In this document: positions 47,484 through 58,243 of the stretch, in pieces
Position numbering within the stretch: the first letter of the stretch is position 1
How the letters are laid out: each line of letters begins with the position of its first letter
From: Myxococcota bacterium
GTDB lineage: Bacteria > Myxococcota_A > UBA9160 > UBA6930
Assembly: GCA_965223705.1 (NCBI GenBank)
Contig: OZ245015.1
Coordinates: 1,696,001-1,760,000 of the forward strand
DNA: 64,000 nucleotides
Direction of reading: 5' to 3'
Position numbers and translations under genes: made by a program
Notes under the pieces: generated by a model
Databases searched by the model: none
What the model saw: only the letters and a program-made list of their open reading frames with translations
Told to the model about the DNA's origin: nothing

Positions 47484-48796
47484 GTCTGTGGCAGAGCGCG
47501 GAGCGCGTAGCCGCGCAAACGCCTGAATCCCGAAACCGCTACGTCGACTTGCTTCGGGCGTTCTCGATCGCGTCCGTGGTGCTCGGGCACTGGATCATGG
47601 CCGCCCCGCGGTTCGCGGGCGGCCGCGCCGAACTCCTTCACCTTCTCGACGTCGTTCCCTGGTCTCATTGGCTGACGTGGGGCTTCCAAGTGATGCCCGT
47701 CTTCTTCTTCGTCGGCGGCTTTTCGAACGGGACATCGTGGGACGGGGCGAAGCGTCAAGGGCAGTCGTACGCCGTGTGGCTCGAGGCTCGTCTGCGCCGC
47801 CTCCTCGGTCCCGTCATCCCCCTCGTTCTCCTGTGGGCGGCCCTCGGACTTGCGGGAACACTGATTGGTGTGCCCGCGCCGATGATTCGGATCGGTTCGC
47901 AAGTGGCGCTCGTGCCGATCTGGTTTCTCGCGATCTACCTGGTGATCGTGATGTGCGTCCCGCTGACCCGCACGTTGTGGCACCGCTACGGGGTGGCGAG
48001 CATCGCGGCGCCCGCGCTGCTCGCGGTCGTCGTCGACGTCGTGTTTTTCAACACCGAGGCCCGCGGCCTCGGTTGGCTCAACTACCTGTTCGTATGGAGC
48101 GCGGTTCATCAGCTGGGTTATGCGTGGCAAGCGGGACTGCTGACGGCGTCGCGCGTCGCGCTCCTCTTTCCCGTCGGACTGGGGCTCCTCCTGGTTCTCA
48201 CCCAAGTCGGTCCCTACCCGACGAGTCTCGTCGGCGTTCCCAGCGAGGCGGTGAGCAACACCACGCCTCCGAAGCTCCCGCTGCTCGCTCTCGCGATGGC
48301 TCAGGTCGGGCTTCTGCTCACAATCGAAGCGCCACTGCGGCGGTGGCTCTCGCGACCACGGGTCTGGACGGCCGTGGTGTTGGTCAACGGGCTCATCATG
48401 GCGCTTTTCTTATGGCACAGCACCGCGATGATGCTGGTGATCGGGGCCGCCTTCGGCGCGGTGCCCACGGTGCTCGCGGTGGAACCGGGAAGCGCTGCCT
48501 GGTGGTTCCTTCGCCCGCTGTGGGTCGCGGTCTTCGCTGTTGCCACGCTACCACTGCTGCTGTTGTTCACGCGCGTCGAGCGCCGGATCGCCCGACCACC
48601 GGATCCGGCGATTCCCCTCACGCGACTACTCGCTGGAGCCTGCCTCCTGTGCGGAGGCTTGGCCTTGCTCGCGCTAGGCGGAGTGCAGGGGGGCCCGCTC
48701 CTGGGGCTCGACCTCGTAGCGGTCTGCCTGCCTCTCGTGGGGGGCACCCTGGCCGGTTTCGGTCCCCACGTCTTTTTCCGCCGTCGCTCGCACTAG
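47480..48796 (+). CDS. Acyltransferase-3 family membrane protein
   Basis: RNRYVDLLR..VVLGHW, QVMPVFFFVGG, multiple TM helices. Confidence 0.85.
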   Translation: MSLWQSAERVAAQTPESRNRYVDLLRAFSIASVVLGHWIMAAPRFAGGRAELLHLLDVVPWSHWLTWGFQVMPVFFFVGGFSNGTSWDGAKRQGQSYAVWLEARLRRLLGPVIPLVLLWAALGLAGTLIGVPAPMIRIGSQVALVPIWFLAIYLVIVMCVPLTRTLWHRYGVASIAAPALLAVVVDVVFFNTEARGLGWLNYLFVWSAVHQLGYAWQAGLLTASRVALLFPVGLGLLLVLTQVGPYPTSLVGVPSEAVSNTTPPKLPLLALAMAQVGLLLTIEAPLRRWLSRPRVWTAVVLVNGLIMALFLWHSTAMMLVIGAAFGAVPTVLAVEPGSAAWWFLRPLWVAVFAVATLPLLLLFTRVERRIARPPDPAIPLTRLLAGACLLCGGLALLALGGVQGGPLLGLDLVAVCLPLVGGTLAGFGPHVFFRRRSH

Positions 48797-48856
48797 CCCA
48801 CAAGAGCGCGGGCGCGCGTTAAGATGCGCGTCCACCCTAGCGAGTTGGAGCGATCT

Positions 48857-49861
48857 GTGGCGAATCTCCGTTTTGGTCTTTGGTACGACTTCCGCAATCC
48901 GCCGGCCTGGAAGCAGGACGGGACGAAGCTCTACCGTGAAATCATCGATCAGTGCGTCCGAGCCGAGGGACTCGGCTGGGACGACGTCTGGCTCTCCGAG
49001 CATCACTTCCTCGACGACGGGTACACGCCCTCCATGCTGCCGTTGGGTTGCGCGATTGCCGCGCGGACGGAGCGCGTCGAGATCGGGACGAGCGTCTTGT
49101 TGTTGCCCCTCCACGATCCTGTTCGCGTCGCCGAGGATGCCGCTACGCTGGACGTGCTCTCCGGCGGTCGGCTGCAGCTGGGCTTGGGCGTCGGTTATCG
49201 GGTCGAGGAGTTCACCGGCTTCGCGATCGATCGCAAAGAGCGTGCGAAGCGGATGGACGAAGAGCTCGAGATCATCCGCCGTCTATTCGACGGCGAGCGT
49301 CTGACTCACGAGGGCAAGTACTACACCTACCGCGACATCGAGCTGTTCCCGCAGCCCGTCCAGAAGCGAGCCAAGCTCTGGGTGGGGGGCTTTAGTGAGC
49401 CGGCGGTGCGGCGCGCAGCGCGTCTCGGCGACGGTTATATCGCGATCGGCCCGATGGCTCCTTTCGTCGAGATGTACCTCGATGAGCTCAAGAAACAGGG
49501 CAAAGACCCGGCTCAGCAAGAAATCGCCGGCGGCTTCCCGTGGCTCCACGTGTCGCGAGACCCCGAAGCGCGCTGGAAGGAGGCCCAGAAGCACTTCGAG
49601 TACCAGACGAACTGTTACGCGAAGTGGTTCACCGGAGCGGGCATGGACTTTTTCCATCCTGTGAGCTCGAGGCCCGAACTCGAAGAGCAGGGCACGAATA
49701 TCGTGACGCCCGAACAGGCGGTTCAGATGATCGAGGACTACGCGAAGGAAACGCAGATCACGCGTTTCTATTCCTGGACCGTGCCTCCGGGAATGCCGCC
49801 GTCGTGGAGCGATGAGCACATTGAACTCATGGCGAAGGAAGTGATTCCGAACTTTCGCTAG
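48857..49861 (+). CDS. LLM-class flavin-dependent oxidoreductase
   Basis: WLSEHH, PLHDPVRVAED, SGGRLQLGLGVGY. Confidence 0.9.
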   Translation: MANLRFGLWYDFRNPPAWKQDGTKLYREIIDQCVRAEGLGWDDVWLSEHHFLDDGYTPSMLPLGCAIAARTERVEIGTSVLLLPLHDPVRVAEDAATLDVLSGGRLQLGLGVGYRVEEFTGFAIDRKERAKRMDEELEIIRRLFDGERLTHEGKYYTYRDIELFPQPVQKRAKLWVGGFSEPAVRRAARLGDGYIAIGPMAPFVEMYLDELKKQGKDPAQQEIAGGFPWLHVSRDPEARWKEAQKHFEYQTNCYAKWFTGAGMDFFHPVSSRPELEEQGTNIVTPEQAVQMIEDYAKETQITRFYSWTVPPGMPPSWSDEHIELMAKEVIPNFR

Positions 49862-50460
49862 GTCCGGATCCTCGCATTTCGACTGCGCACGATGCTAAAG
49901 AGCCCGAGGAGGAGCACCGCGCTGACAAGGGCTAAGGCCGTCGGTGCGACCGCTGCGACACGCCGACGGATTGGCCCTTCCGACTCGATTCGGAACGAGG
50001 CTTCGCTCGTCCCCGGCGCGTAGGCCACGGTCTCGAGCTTGACGGTCAGGCGGTCGGCGCGGAACGAAGTCGTCGCGTCGAGTCCGTCGGAGAGCGTCGT
50101 AAAACCCGTGACGCCGTGTGGGCGGCCCCGCCAGTCGAGGCCCGTCAGATGGATCGTGAGTGTGCCCGGAGCGAGGACGGGGGCGCCCGTCGGGTTGTCG
50201 ATGACCAGGCGGAGCGTGTCGCCGGACACATCGACACCGAGCTGTGCGCCGCTCGCGCGATGGACGGTGGTGTGCCATTCCGGGTGGGGGCCGACGGTGG
50301 CTTCGGAACGAAGCAGGGTTGTCTTGCGATCCAGGAGGTTCGCGGTCACCTCGACTGTCGCGGTGTCGCCGTACAGCCGGTCTTCCCGAAGCACGGCGTA
50401 CCCCGCCCCAGCAGCGGCTGAGAAGACGAAGAGCAAGAACAAGCCAAGAACACGCAACAC
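49858..50460 (-). CDS. Secreted hypothetical protein with C-terminal TM anchor
   Basis: Signal peptide, beta-rich core, C-terminal hydrophobic helix plus basic tail. Confidence 0.6.
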   Translation of the reverse strand: MLRVLGLFLLFVFSAAAGAGYAVLREDRLYGDTATVEVTANLLDRKTTLLRSEATVGPHPEWHTTVHRASGAQLGVDVSGDTLRLVIDNPTGAPVLAPGTLTIHLTGLDWRGRPHGVTGFTTLSDGLDATTSFRADRLTVKLETVAYAPGTSEASFRIESEGPIRRRVAAVAPTALALVSAVLLLGLFSIVRSRNARIRT

Positions 50461-50535
50461 CGCCGCGGACCCCCATTCCCTCCGTGGGAAGTGGGTGCCG
50501 CTCGCGTCCGGGCAAGTGGCGGAAAAACCGCTCGT

Positions 50536-52641
50536 TTAGGCGCGACGGACCGGGCGGAGCGGGAGCTCTCGCGCCGGTTGTCCGGTCAGCGCTTGAAGCG
50601 CGTTGCACACGGCTGGTGCGATCGGCGGCGTCGACGGCTCGCCAACCCCTCCGAGCGGCGCGTCGCTGTCGACGATGACCGTCTCGATCTCGGGCATCTC
50701 ACGCATACGCAACACGGGGTAGCGATCGAAGTTGCCTTCCACGGCACGCCCTCGCTCGATGGTGATCTGACCGTAGAGCGCGGCGGAAAGTCCGTACACG
50801 ATGCCGCTTTCCATTTGGGCTGCGATGATGCCGGGGTTGATGGCCAGGCCACAATCGACGGCGCACACGACGTTGTGGACACGCACGGAGCGGTCGGCTG
50901 CGAGGGACACTTCGACGACCTCGGCCACGACACTTCCGAAACACTCGTGAACCGCGACCCCGCGCGCCCGTCCTTCCGCGACGCGTTTCCCCCAGCCCGC
51001 TTTCTCGGCGGCCGCTTCGAGGACGCGGCGGTGCCTCGGGTGATGCGACAAGAAGCGGTGTCGTAGCTCGACCGGGTCCTTGCCACCGGCGCGCGCGAGC
51101 TCGTCGAGGAAGCACTCGGTGACGTACGCGTTCTGCGAGCTCCCTACGGAGCGCCAAAAGTGGGGAGGGACCGGAACATCGGCGGCGTTGTAACGCACTT
51201 CGAGGTTCTGGATCGCATAAGGCAAGTTGGCAGCGCCTTCGACGGAGGTGCCGTCGACGTCGCCCTGGAGCCAGCCTTTGCTCCCCAGAATGCTCGGGCA
51301 CGCCAAACGGTGTTGCCAGGCAAGGGGCCAGCCTTCGGCGTCGAGGGCGCCTCGGAAACGGTGCGCCGATACCGGTCGATAGGCCCCCGCTCGCATGTCG
51401 TCTTCGCGCGAGTAGACGACCTTGACGGCACTTCCCGCGGCCCTCGAGCAATGCACGGCGTCCGCGACGAAATCGTTGACCGATCGGCGCCCGAAGCCAC
51501 CGCCCATAAACGTGGTGTGCACCGCGATGCGCTCCAGGGGCAGGCCCGTGATGGCGGCTGCGGTGTCTTGGGCACCTGTCGGCGACTGGGTCGGCGCGAA
51601 GAGCTCGCAACGATCCTCGGTGACGTGAGCGGTGCAGTTCATCGGTTCCATCGTCGCGTGGGCGAGGAACGGTACGTGGTAGGTCGCTTCGATCGGTGAT
51701 TCGGCGCGGTGAAGCGCCGCTGCGGCATCGCCTTCGCTTCGCACCACGCGACCGCCGGTGAGCGCGGCCGTGCACCGTTCGCGGATCTTCGCACTATCGA
51801 GCGCGCCGTGAGGCCCCTCGTTCCACTCGAGTACGAGCGCTTCGACGCCTTGGCTCGCCGCCCAGTAGTGGTCGGCGATGACCGCGACACCGGTGGGGAT
51901 CTCTTTCACGGCTCGGACGCCGTCGATCGCCAGGGCGCGTTTCGCGTCGAGGCTCTCTAGCGCGCCTCCAAAGCTCGGCGGATGTGCCACCCGCGCGGTC
52001 TTGAGTCCGTCCATTTGGACGTCGATCCCGTAGACCGCTTCGCCCCGGACTTTGACTTCCGAATCGAGGCGGGGGAGTGTGCGGCCGATCAATCGAAAGG
52101 TTTTCGGATCTTTGAGTTGAGGGCGCTTGGGGACCGGCAGCTCGCTCGCCCGCTGGGCGACGGCGCCGAAGGACACGCGGCGGCCCTGCGAGTCGATCAC
52201 GTAGCCCGCTTCGGCACGACACTGGCTGGCGGAAACGCCCCACGAGTCGGCCGCTGCCGCGACGAGCATCTCGCGGGCGGCCGCACCCGCCCGACGAAGT
52301 TGGTCATAGCCCTTGCGAACACTCGTGCTTCCGCCGGTGCTCTGTCGGCCGTAGCGCGCGCGATCGGCGGGCGCGTGTATCGAGTGGACGTTTCGCCAGT
52401 CGGCCTCGAGCTCTTCGGCGAGGATCATCGGTAGAGCCGTCAGAACGCCTTGGCCCATTTCCGCTTCCGGTACCACCAGGGTCACGCGATCGTCGGTACC
52501 GATTCGGATCCAGGCGTTGATTTCCGGCGACTCGACCGACGCGCCGTGTGACCTCGAGGCCGTCAGGGGAAAACCGATCGCCAGGCCGGCGCCCGTTGCC
52601 ACCGAAACGCCGAGAAACGCCCGTCGGGATAGGCCTGTCAT
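50536..52641 (-). CDS. iorB: Xanthine dehydrogenase-family molybdopterin subunit (IorB-like), Tat-exported
   Basis: SRRAFL Tat motif, EMGQG, TGGSTS, HATMEP, GGGFGRR, WRSV, GVGEP. Confidence 0.9.
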   Translation of the reverse strand: MTGLSRRAFLGVSVATGAGLAIGFPLTASRSHGASVESPEINAWIRIGTDDRVTLVVPEAEMGQGVLTALPMILAEELEADWRNVHSIHAPADRARYGRQSTGGSTSVRKGYDQLRRAGAAAREMLVAAAADSWGVSASQCRAEAGYVIDSQGRRVSFGAVAQRASELPVPKRPQLKDPKTFRLIGRTLPRLDSEVKVRGEAVYGIDVQMDGLKTARVAHPPSFGGALESLDAKRALAIDGVRAVKEIPTGVAVIADHYWAASQGVEALVLEWNEGPHGALDSAKIRERCTAALTGGRVVRSEGDAAAALHRAESPIEATYHVPFLAHATMEPMNCTAHVTEDRCELFAPTQSPTGAQDTAAAITGLPLERIAVHTTFMGGGFGRRSVNDFVADAVHCSRAAGSAVKVVYSREDDMRAGAYRPVSAHRFRGALDAEGWPLAWQHRLACPSILGSKGWLQGDVDGTSVEGAANLPYAIQNLEVRYNAADVPVPPHFWRSVGSSQNAYVTECFLDELARAGGKDPVELRHRFLSHHPRHRRVLEAAAEKAGWGKRVAEGRARGVAVHECFGSVVAEVVEVSLAADRSVRVHNVVCAVDCGLAINPGIIAAQMESGIVYGLSAALYGQITIERGRAVEGNFDRYPVLRMREMPEIETVIVDSDAPLGGVGEPSTPPIAPAVCNALQALTGQPARELPLRPVRRA

Positions 52642-53102
52642 TCGGCGATCTCCTTGGCGGCGCGGTGTATGGCGCGGCGGATCCGGTTGTACGTGCCGCA
52701 TCGACACAAGTTGCCGGACATGGCTTCGTCGATGTCGCGATCGGTCGGCTGCTTGTTTCGCGCGAGGAGAGCGACCGCGGACATGATTTGCCCGGGTTGG
52801 CAATAACCGCATTGCGGGACGTCTTCGGCGATCCAGGCGCGCTGGACCGGATGCAGTTCGCCGGCGGAGAGGTCTTCGATGGTCCGGATCTCACGACCTT
52901 GCGCGGCCGCGACGGTCAGTTGGCAAGAGAAGGTCGGCATCCCGTCGAGGTGTACGGTGCACGCTCGGCATTGACCGACGCCACAACCGAACTTCGTTCC
53001 CGTGAGACCCAGGAGATCGCGCAAAGCCCAGAGGAGGGGCATGTTCTCGCTCGCCTCGACTTGCCGCTCCGAGCCGTTGATGCGGAGGGTGAAACGCGCC
53101 AT
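52638..53102 (-). CDS. iorA: 2Fe-2S small subunit (IorA-like)
   Basis: [26 protein letters not shown]. Confidence 0.92.
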   Translation of the reverse strand: MARFTLRINGSERQVEASENMPLLWALRDLLGLTGTKFGCGVGQCRACTVHLDGMPTFSCQLTVAAAQGREIRTIEDLSAGELHPVQRAWIAEDVPQCGYCQPGQIMSAVALLARNKQPTDRDIDEAMSGNLCRCGTYNRIRRAIHRAAKEIAE

Positions 53103-53152
53103 GGCTTTCCTTTCGATTTCCCCGAGAAGGGTACCGGCCCCGGAGCGCGCCG

Positions 53153-53476
53153 CTAACGCGAAACGGTCAAGAAGAAGACCCAGAGCGCGACTCCGAGGAT
53201 GAGCGCCCAGGAAAGGCGACCCCGGCGGGAAGAAGCTCGGAGCGGCGTCTCATCCATCGCAACTGCGTCCGATCGGTCCTCGATGAGAAGCGCCCGCGCC
53301 CGGTCCGCGTACTCATCAGCGACTTGTACTTTGACGCCTTCGACGGCGTTTGCGTAGAGCCAGTAGGCACCGACCACGTATTCGTCTGCGACGAACGCGG
53401 GGATGCCTTCGCTCTCGAGGAATGCCCGGGCGACGTGGGCGCTCGTCGGCTCGTCAAAGCGGGCAACCGTCTTCAC
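53153..53476 (-). CDS. DUF2007-like protein with C-terminal TM
   Basis: [37 protein letters not shown] before GTG. Confidence 0.75.
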   Translation of the reverse strand: MKTVARFDEPTSAHVARAFLESEGIPAFVADEYVVGAYWLYANAVEGVKVQVADEYADRARALLIEDRSDAVAMDETPLRASSRRGRLSWALILGVALWVFFLTVSR

Positions 53477-53516
53477 AGAACCTCCTCGTCGCGTTGCATA
53501 CGCGCCCCGAAGGGGT

Positions 53517-53759
53517 TCAGTTACGTCGACGTTTCTTCGCCCGGTTTCCGCTCTCGTGGGTGAGCTCGAGTGCTTTCTCGGCGACGGCCCGAGCTGCGGC
53601 TTCGGCACTTTCGAAGACTTCGTCGGCGAGCCGTTGCTTGGCCGTCTGCAGATCCCCCGCGCCGAAGGAGGTCTCGACCTTCGGTTTCAGCGCAAAGATG
53701 TGACCCATGTGCACGGACGCAGCGCGAAACGCCGGCGTGTCTTTTTCGCTCTCAGCCAA
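53517..53759 (-). CDS. Small hypothetical protein (80 aa)
   Basis: GGAGG SD before TTG 53759; helical, basic C-terminal tail; downstream of glnII. Confidence 0.6.
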   Translation of the reverse strand: MAESEKDTPAFRAASVHMGHIFALKPKVETSFGAGDLQTAKQRLADEVFESAEAAARAVAEKALELTHESGNRAKKRRRN

Positions 53760-53852
53760 TGGAACCTCCCGACTTCTTGCACAGACGCAAGAGGGCCGGA
53801 GCTCGGATGACCCGAACCCCGGCCCCAGCATACTCGGCGATGCCTGGCGGCC

Positions 53853-54863
53853 CTAGACGCCGGCCTCCTTCGTCGTCTTGACGATGGCAGCGGCGACCTT
53901 GTAGGGATCGGCGTTCGAAGCCGGCCGCCGATCTTCCAGACGGCCTTTCCAGCCGCCTTCGACGGTCGCGACGGGGATGCGGATCGAAGCGCCTCGGTCC
54001 GAGACCCCGTAACTGAACTGGTCGATCGACTGCGTTTCGTGGAGGCCCGTCAGACGTTGGTCGTTGTCGGACCCGTAGACCGCGATGTGCCGGTCGATGT
54101 TCTTCCCGAATTGCTCGCAGATTTTCGTGAAGGTGTCTTCCTTGCCCGACGTCCGCATGACTTCGTTCGAGAAGTTCGCGTGCATCCCTGAACCGTTCCA
54201 ATCGGTGGCGCCCAAGGGCTTCGGGTGCCATTCGATAGCGTAGCCGTGCGCTTCCGCGGTTCGCTCGAGCAAGTAGCGCGCGACCCAGGTTTCGTCACCG
54301 GCGCGTGCCGCGCCCTTCGCGAACACCTGGAACTCCCACTGGCCCGCCGCGACTTCCGCGTTGATGCCTTCGACGTTGAGGCCCGCTTCGAGACACAAGT
54401 CGAGGTGCTCTTCGATAACCGGACGACCGTACGCGTTGTCTGCGCCAACGGAGCAGTAGTAGGGACCCTGCGGGCGCGGGTAGCCGGCCCTCGGAAAGCC
54501 CGGTGGTAGGTTCGTCGCCGGATCCCACAGGAAGTATTCCTGCTCGAAGCCGAACCAGAAATCGTCGTCATCGTCTTCGATGGTCGCCCGGCCGTTCGAT
54601 TCGTGGGGTGTACCGTCCGCGTTCAGGACTTCGTTCATCACCAGGTATGAGTTCTTGCGCCCGGGATCCGGAAACACGGCCACCGGCTTCAGCAAACAGT
54701 CGGAGTCGCTGCCGTCCGCCTGCTCGGTGGAGCTTCCGTCGAAGGACCACATCGGGCAGTCTTCGAGCTTCCCGCTGAAGTCGGGTTCGACGCGGGTCTT
54801 ACTGCGCAGGGATTGGGTGGGCTTGTAACCGTCCAGCCAGATGTATTCCAGCTTGCTCTTCAT
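53853..54863 (-). CDS. glnII: Glutamine synthetase type II
   Basis: LEYIWLDG, LRSKT, FDGSST, GFEQEY, QGPYYC, DWNGSGMH, RLTGLHET, EDRRPASN; about 336 aa; GGAGGAG SD. Confidence 0.93.
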   Translation of the reverse strand: MKSKLEYIWLDGYKPTQSLRSKTRVEPDFSGKLEDCPMWSFDGSSTEQADGSDSDCLLKPVAVFPDPGRKNSYLVMNEVLNADGTPHESNGRATIEDDDDDFWFGFEQEYFLWDPATNLPPGFPRAGYPRPQGPYYCSVGADNAYGRPVIEEHLDLCLEAGLNVEGINAEVAAGQWEFQVFAKGAARAGDETWVARYLLERTAEAHGYAIEWHPKPLGATDWNGSGMHANFSNEVMRTSGKEDTFTKICEQFGKNIDRHIAVYGSDNDQRLTGLHETQSIDQFSYGVSDRGASIRIPVATVEGGWKGRLEDRRPASNADPYKVAAAIVKTTKEAGV

Positions 54864-54911
54864 GGTGTGCTGTGCTCCTCCACGTGCATGAGTCGATTCC
54901 GTCGAGCCAGA

Positions 54912-54928
54912 TGCAAGAGTCGTTCCGG
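54912..54928 (-). promoter_or_regulatory. Sigma54 (-24/-12) promoter of glnII
   Basis: Minus strand CCGGAACGACTCTTGCA = GG-N10-GC with TTGC. Confidence 0.7.
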
Positions 54929-54984
54929 CCCAAAGGGTGGCCTCGACGCGTGACCACACGTGAAATGCGGTGGGAAAGTGCCGA

Positions 54985-55055
54985 CGCCTGCTTATTGGGC
55001 ACCGCATGCTCGACAATCAGGCACCGGCGCGCTTGGGCAGCGGCAGAATGATGCA
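54985..55055. promoter_or_regulatory. Three NtrC-like 17-bp enhancer sites
   Basis: CGCCTGCTTATTGGGCA (54985-55001), TGCTCGACAATCAGGCA (55007-55023), AGCGGCAGAATGATGCA (55039-55055); GC-N11-GC pattern. Confidence 0.55.
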
Positions 55056-55082
55056 ACAGCGCCCGCATCGGGGTCAATCCGC

Positions 55083-56051
55083 TCAGCGGAGATCGCTTGC
55101 CCATGCCTGCAGACCGTGAACAAACTCCTCACTGCTCTGGATGCGCTCCTCGGGGTCCTTGGCCAACGCGCGGAGGGCGAGCTGCTCGAGCACTTCGGGG
55201 ACCTCGAAGTCCGTGAGTGTCGAAGGCGGGGGCGGCGGCGCTTCGAGAATCTGGTCCGTCATGCCCCGAACCGTCTCCGCCACGAATGGGGTGCGGCGGG
55301 CCAGGATCTCGTAGAGGACGACTCCCACGGTGTAGATGTCCGTGCGGTAGTCGATGGCGGGATCTCGGCGGATCTGTTCGGGGGACATGTACGCGGCCGT
55401 GCCCTGCAAATTGCCCTGGCCGGTGAGAGAGGTGGGCGCCGCTTCGTCGAGCGCCGGTTCCTCGGGCGGAAGATCGTCCGGGGTTCCATCCTCGTTCCAG
55501 ACCTTCGCCAGCCCCCAGTCCATCAGGACGACCTCGTTGAAGGGGCCGACCAAGACGTTTTCGGGCTTGATGTCGCGGTGAATCACCCGGTGGCTGTGGG
55601 TGTACTCGAGTGCGTAGAGAACCTCGAGGACGACGTCGACGAGCTGGGTCAGGTCGTAGCGCTCGCGGTACTCGGGTTCGAGAAGCTCTCGCAAGGTATA
55701 TCCGTGAACGAGCTTCATGGTGAAGTAGGGCTGTCCGCGGTTGTCACGACCGAGCTCGTAGACGGGCACGGTGTTCGGGTGCTGCAACATCGCGCTCACC
55801 CGGGCTTCTCGGACGAAGCGCCGCTGCTCGGTCGTGTCGTCGACGAACTCGGGCTTGAGCTTCTTGTAACAGACGATCCGACCCAGGAGCATGTCCTTAC
55901 ACGACTGAATGATGCATTTGCCGCCGCGGGCGATGGTCTTGAAGTAGGCGTAACGCGTGCTGGGATTGAGCTTCTCGGGAAGCGGACGATCCGTTTCTTC
56001 CAGGGTGACTCTGGCGTAGCGATCGTCCGGCTGCTCGGGGAAGCGCGTCAT
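55083..56051 (-). CDS. Hanks-type Ser/Thr protein kinase (kinase domain only)
   Basis: IARGG, VCYK, HRDIKPEN, DWG, GTAAYMSPE. Confidence 0.9.
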   Translation of the reverse strand: MTRFPEQPDDRYARVTLEETDRPLPEKLNPSTRYAYFKTIARGGKCIIQSCKDMLLGRIVCYKKLKPEFVDDTTEQRRFVREARVSAMLQHPNTVPVYELGRDNRGQPYFTMKLVHGYTLRELLEPEYRERYDLTQLVDVVLEVLYALEYTHSHRVIHRDIKPENVLVGPFNEVVLMDWGLAKVWNEDGTPDDLPPEEPALDEAAPTSLTGQGNLQGTAAYMSPEQIRRDPAIDYRTDIYTVGVVLYEILARRTPFVAETVRGMTDQILEAPPPPPSTLTDFEVPEVLEQLALRALAKDPEERIQSSEEFVHGLQAWASDLR

Positions 56052-56086
56052 ACGTGGAGAGTCTACTTTCAAACCCAGTGAGAATC

Positions 56087-57766
56087 ATGATTCGATTCGC
56101 AGCCCTTTGTTTGCTCGGAATGATCGCCCAGCCTTCGGGCGCTGTGGACGCGATCTATTCCGGCGGACGTTTTTTCACCGGGAACCCCGCGAAGGTCTGG
56201 GCCGAAGCCTTGGCGGTGTCCAAGGGCAAAATCGTCGCGGTCGGCGACGAAGCCTCGGTGATGGCGCTCGCAAAAGAAGGCACGCTGTTTCGCGACCTGG
56301 GCGGACGGATGGCCATGCCGGGTATCCACGACACGCACATGCACGCCGCCGTCGCGGGGCTGCAGAAACGCGTCGAGTGCGGTTTCCAGCCGACATCCCT
56401 CGAGCAAGTCACCACCGTTCTCGCGGGTTGTGTCGAAGATCTGTCGCCCGGCGCATGGCTGCGGGGCGGCGCGTGGAACGAGGGCTTGTTCCCGCCGGGC
56501 GCCGCTCCGAAGACTCTGCTCGACACCATCGCGCCGAATCACCCGGCCTTCCTGATGGACTGGTCCTATCACAACGCATGGCTGAACTCGGAAGCGCTCC
56601 GGCAACTGGGGATCTCGAAGGAAACGCCCGATCCGCCGGGCGGCGCGATCGTCCGCGACGCGGCGACCGGCGAGGCCACCGGCATTCTCCTCGACAACGC
56701 GGCGTATAACTACCTACGCAAACTCCCCGAGTACGATCTCGACGAGCGCACTCAGGCGCTCGCCTGGAGTCTCGAGCGCATCGCCGATTACGGCGTCACC
56801 ACGATGAAAGCCGCGCTGGTCACGCAATCCATCCTCGAGGCCTACGACGCACTCCGGCGGGAAGGAAAGCTTCCGGTGCGCGTCAAGGTGAGTCTGTCGT
56901 GGAAGAGCGCGTGGGCGAAGTCTCACGCGGCCGAACGCGACCTCATCGCCGATCGCCGCGCCTACGCACACGAGGGCGTCGACACGTCCTTCGCGAAGAT
57001 CATGGTCGACGGGATTCCACCGACGTACACGGCCGCACTACTCGAACCGTACGCGCCGAGCGAAGCTCACGGAAGCCATCACCGCGGAGAACTCATGCTC
57101 GATCCCGAGGAGCTCGCCGCCGATGTCATCCGTCTCGATGCCTCCGGACTGACGGTGAAGATGCACGCGACGGGCGATCGCTCCGCACGAGTTGCCCTCG
57201 ACGCCGTTGCGGCGGCGCGAAACGCGAACGGCGACAGCGGTCTCATCCACGAAGTCTCTCACGCAGGAATGATCCATCCCGACGACATTCCGCGTTTCAA
57301 GAAGCTCCGCGTCGCGGCCGAGATGTGTCCGATCCTGTGGTATCCGATCCCCGGTCTCACTTGGGCGAAGTGGCTCGGCGAAGAGCGCGCGAAGTTGTGG
57401 CCCGTGAGAACGCTTCTCGAGGCCGGCGTGCTCGTCATCTACGGCTCGGACTGGCCGGTGGTGCCCACGCCCAACCCGTGGCCGGGCATCGAGGCGATGG
57501 TGACGCGCCGCGATCCGGCGAGCTCCGACGGGCCGCAGGATTGGCCGGAGCAGGCGATCGACTTGGCATCGGCGCTGCGCATCTTCACGGCCAACGGCGC
57601 GATCGCGAACAAGGTCGGCGAAAGCTCGGGAATTCTCGCTCCGGGGCGCGACGCCGATTTCATCGTTCTCGACCGGCACCTCTTCAAGGTGCCGACGAGC
57701 GATATCGGTGATACGCGCGTGCTTCTTTCCGTGATCGGCGGCACAGTCGTCTTCGATCGACTCTGA
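56087..57766 (+). CDS. Exported amidohydrolase (YtcJ-like)
   Basis: Signal peptide; PGIHDTHMH, KIMVDG, HATGDR, HEVSH, GSDWP. Confidence 0.9.
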   Translation: MIRFAALCLLGMIAQPSGAVDAIYSGGRFFTGNPAKVWAEALAVSKGKIVAVGDEASVMALAKEGTLFRDLGGRMAMPGIHDTHMHAAVAGLQKRVECGFQPTSLEQVTTVLAGCVEDLSPGAWLRGGAWNEGLFPPGAAPKTLLDTIAPNHPAFLMDWSYHNAWLNSEALRQLGISKETPDPPGGAIVRDAATGEATGILLDNAAYNYLRKLPEYDLDERTQALAWSLERIADYGVTTMKAALVTQSILEAYDALRREGKLPVRVKVSLSWKSAWAKSHAAERDLIADRRAYAHEGVDTSFAKIMVDGIPPTYTAALLEPYAPSEAHGSHHRGELMLDPEELAADVIRLDASGLTVKMHATGDRSARVALDAVAAARNANGDSGLIHEVSHAGMIHPDDIPRFKKLRVAAEMCPILWYPIPGLTWAKWLGEERAKLWPVRTLLEAGVLVIYGSDWPVVPTPNPWPGIEAMVTRRDPASSDGPQDWPEQAIDLASALRIFTANGAIANKVGESSGILAPGRDADFIVLDRHLFKVPTSDIGDTRVLLSVIGGTVVFDRL

Positions 57767-57805
57767 GGGCTCAAGGCCTCGGCCGAGGTCTCCGATTCGA
57801 AGGCG

Positions 57806-58147
57806 ATGGTCGGAAGGTGCACTCGATTCCTGCTCGCGGGATGGCTCGCGCTCGCGTCGGCTCCGGCGTCCGCGCAGCAGGGAAAGTCCTGCGATACCGC
57901 CCGTGCGCAAAGCGTTCAGCTTCTGATCCTGGCTTCGTCTCAAAAGGTCGACGCCTATGTCAAAACCCTGAAAGGCGTCGTCGTGGTTCGGCGCGATCCG
58001 ACCACGGCGGTCCTCGACGACGGTCGGGTGATCACCTCCGACGTATCGGCGACGACCGACCACCTGAACGCCCTCGGCTGGGCCAACTTGCCGATCCAGG
58101 TGGTGGCTTCATTTCGCACGGCGCCGCAACGTCGCGCCAAGGGCTGA
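57806..58147 (+). CDS. Small secreted hypothetical protein
   Basis: Signal peptide with ASA cleavage site; GC3-rich codons. Confidence 0.6.
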   Translation: MVGRCTRFLLAGWLALASAPASAQQGKSCDTARAQSVQLLILASSQKVDAYVKTLKGVVVVRRDPTTAVLDDGRVITSDVSATTDHLNALGWANLPIQVVASFRTAPQRRAKG

Positions 58148-58243
58148 GGCTAGCGACCGCGTCCGGTCGGACGCGCCGACCCGGTCGGTTGCCGCCGAGT
58201 CATCTCCTGCGCTGTAATGGGTCCTCCACAAAAGGAGGGAGCC

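Noticed and set aside
54864..55082. Glutamine (glnA-motif) riboswitch upstream of glnII
   Set aside because: I could not find the CGUU..GAAGUA..GAAG..AACG core; sigma54 and NtrC-like sites explain the region. An Rfam scan would settle it.
58153..58192. Twin GC hairpins (GCGTCCG/CGGACGC, CCGACC/GGTCGG) as an ncRNA
   Set aside because: Short GC-rich stems after a stop codon with no recognisable family features; may be chance or a terminator-like structure.
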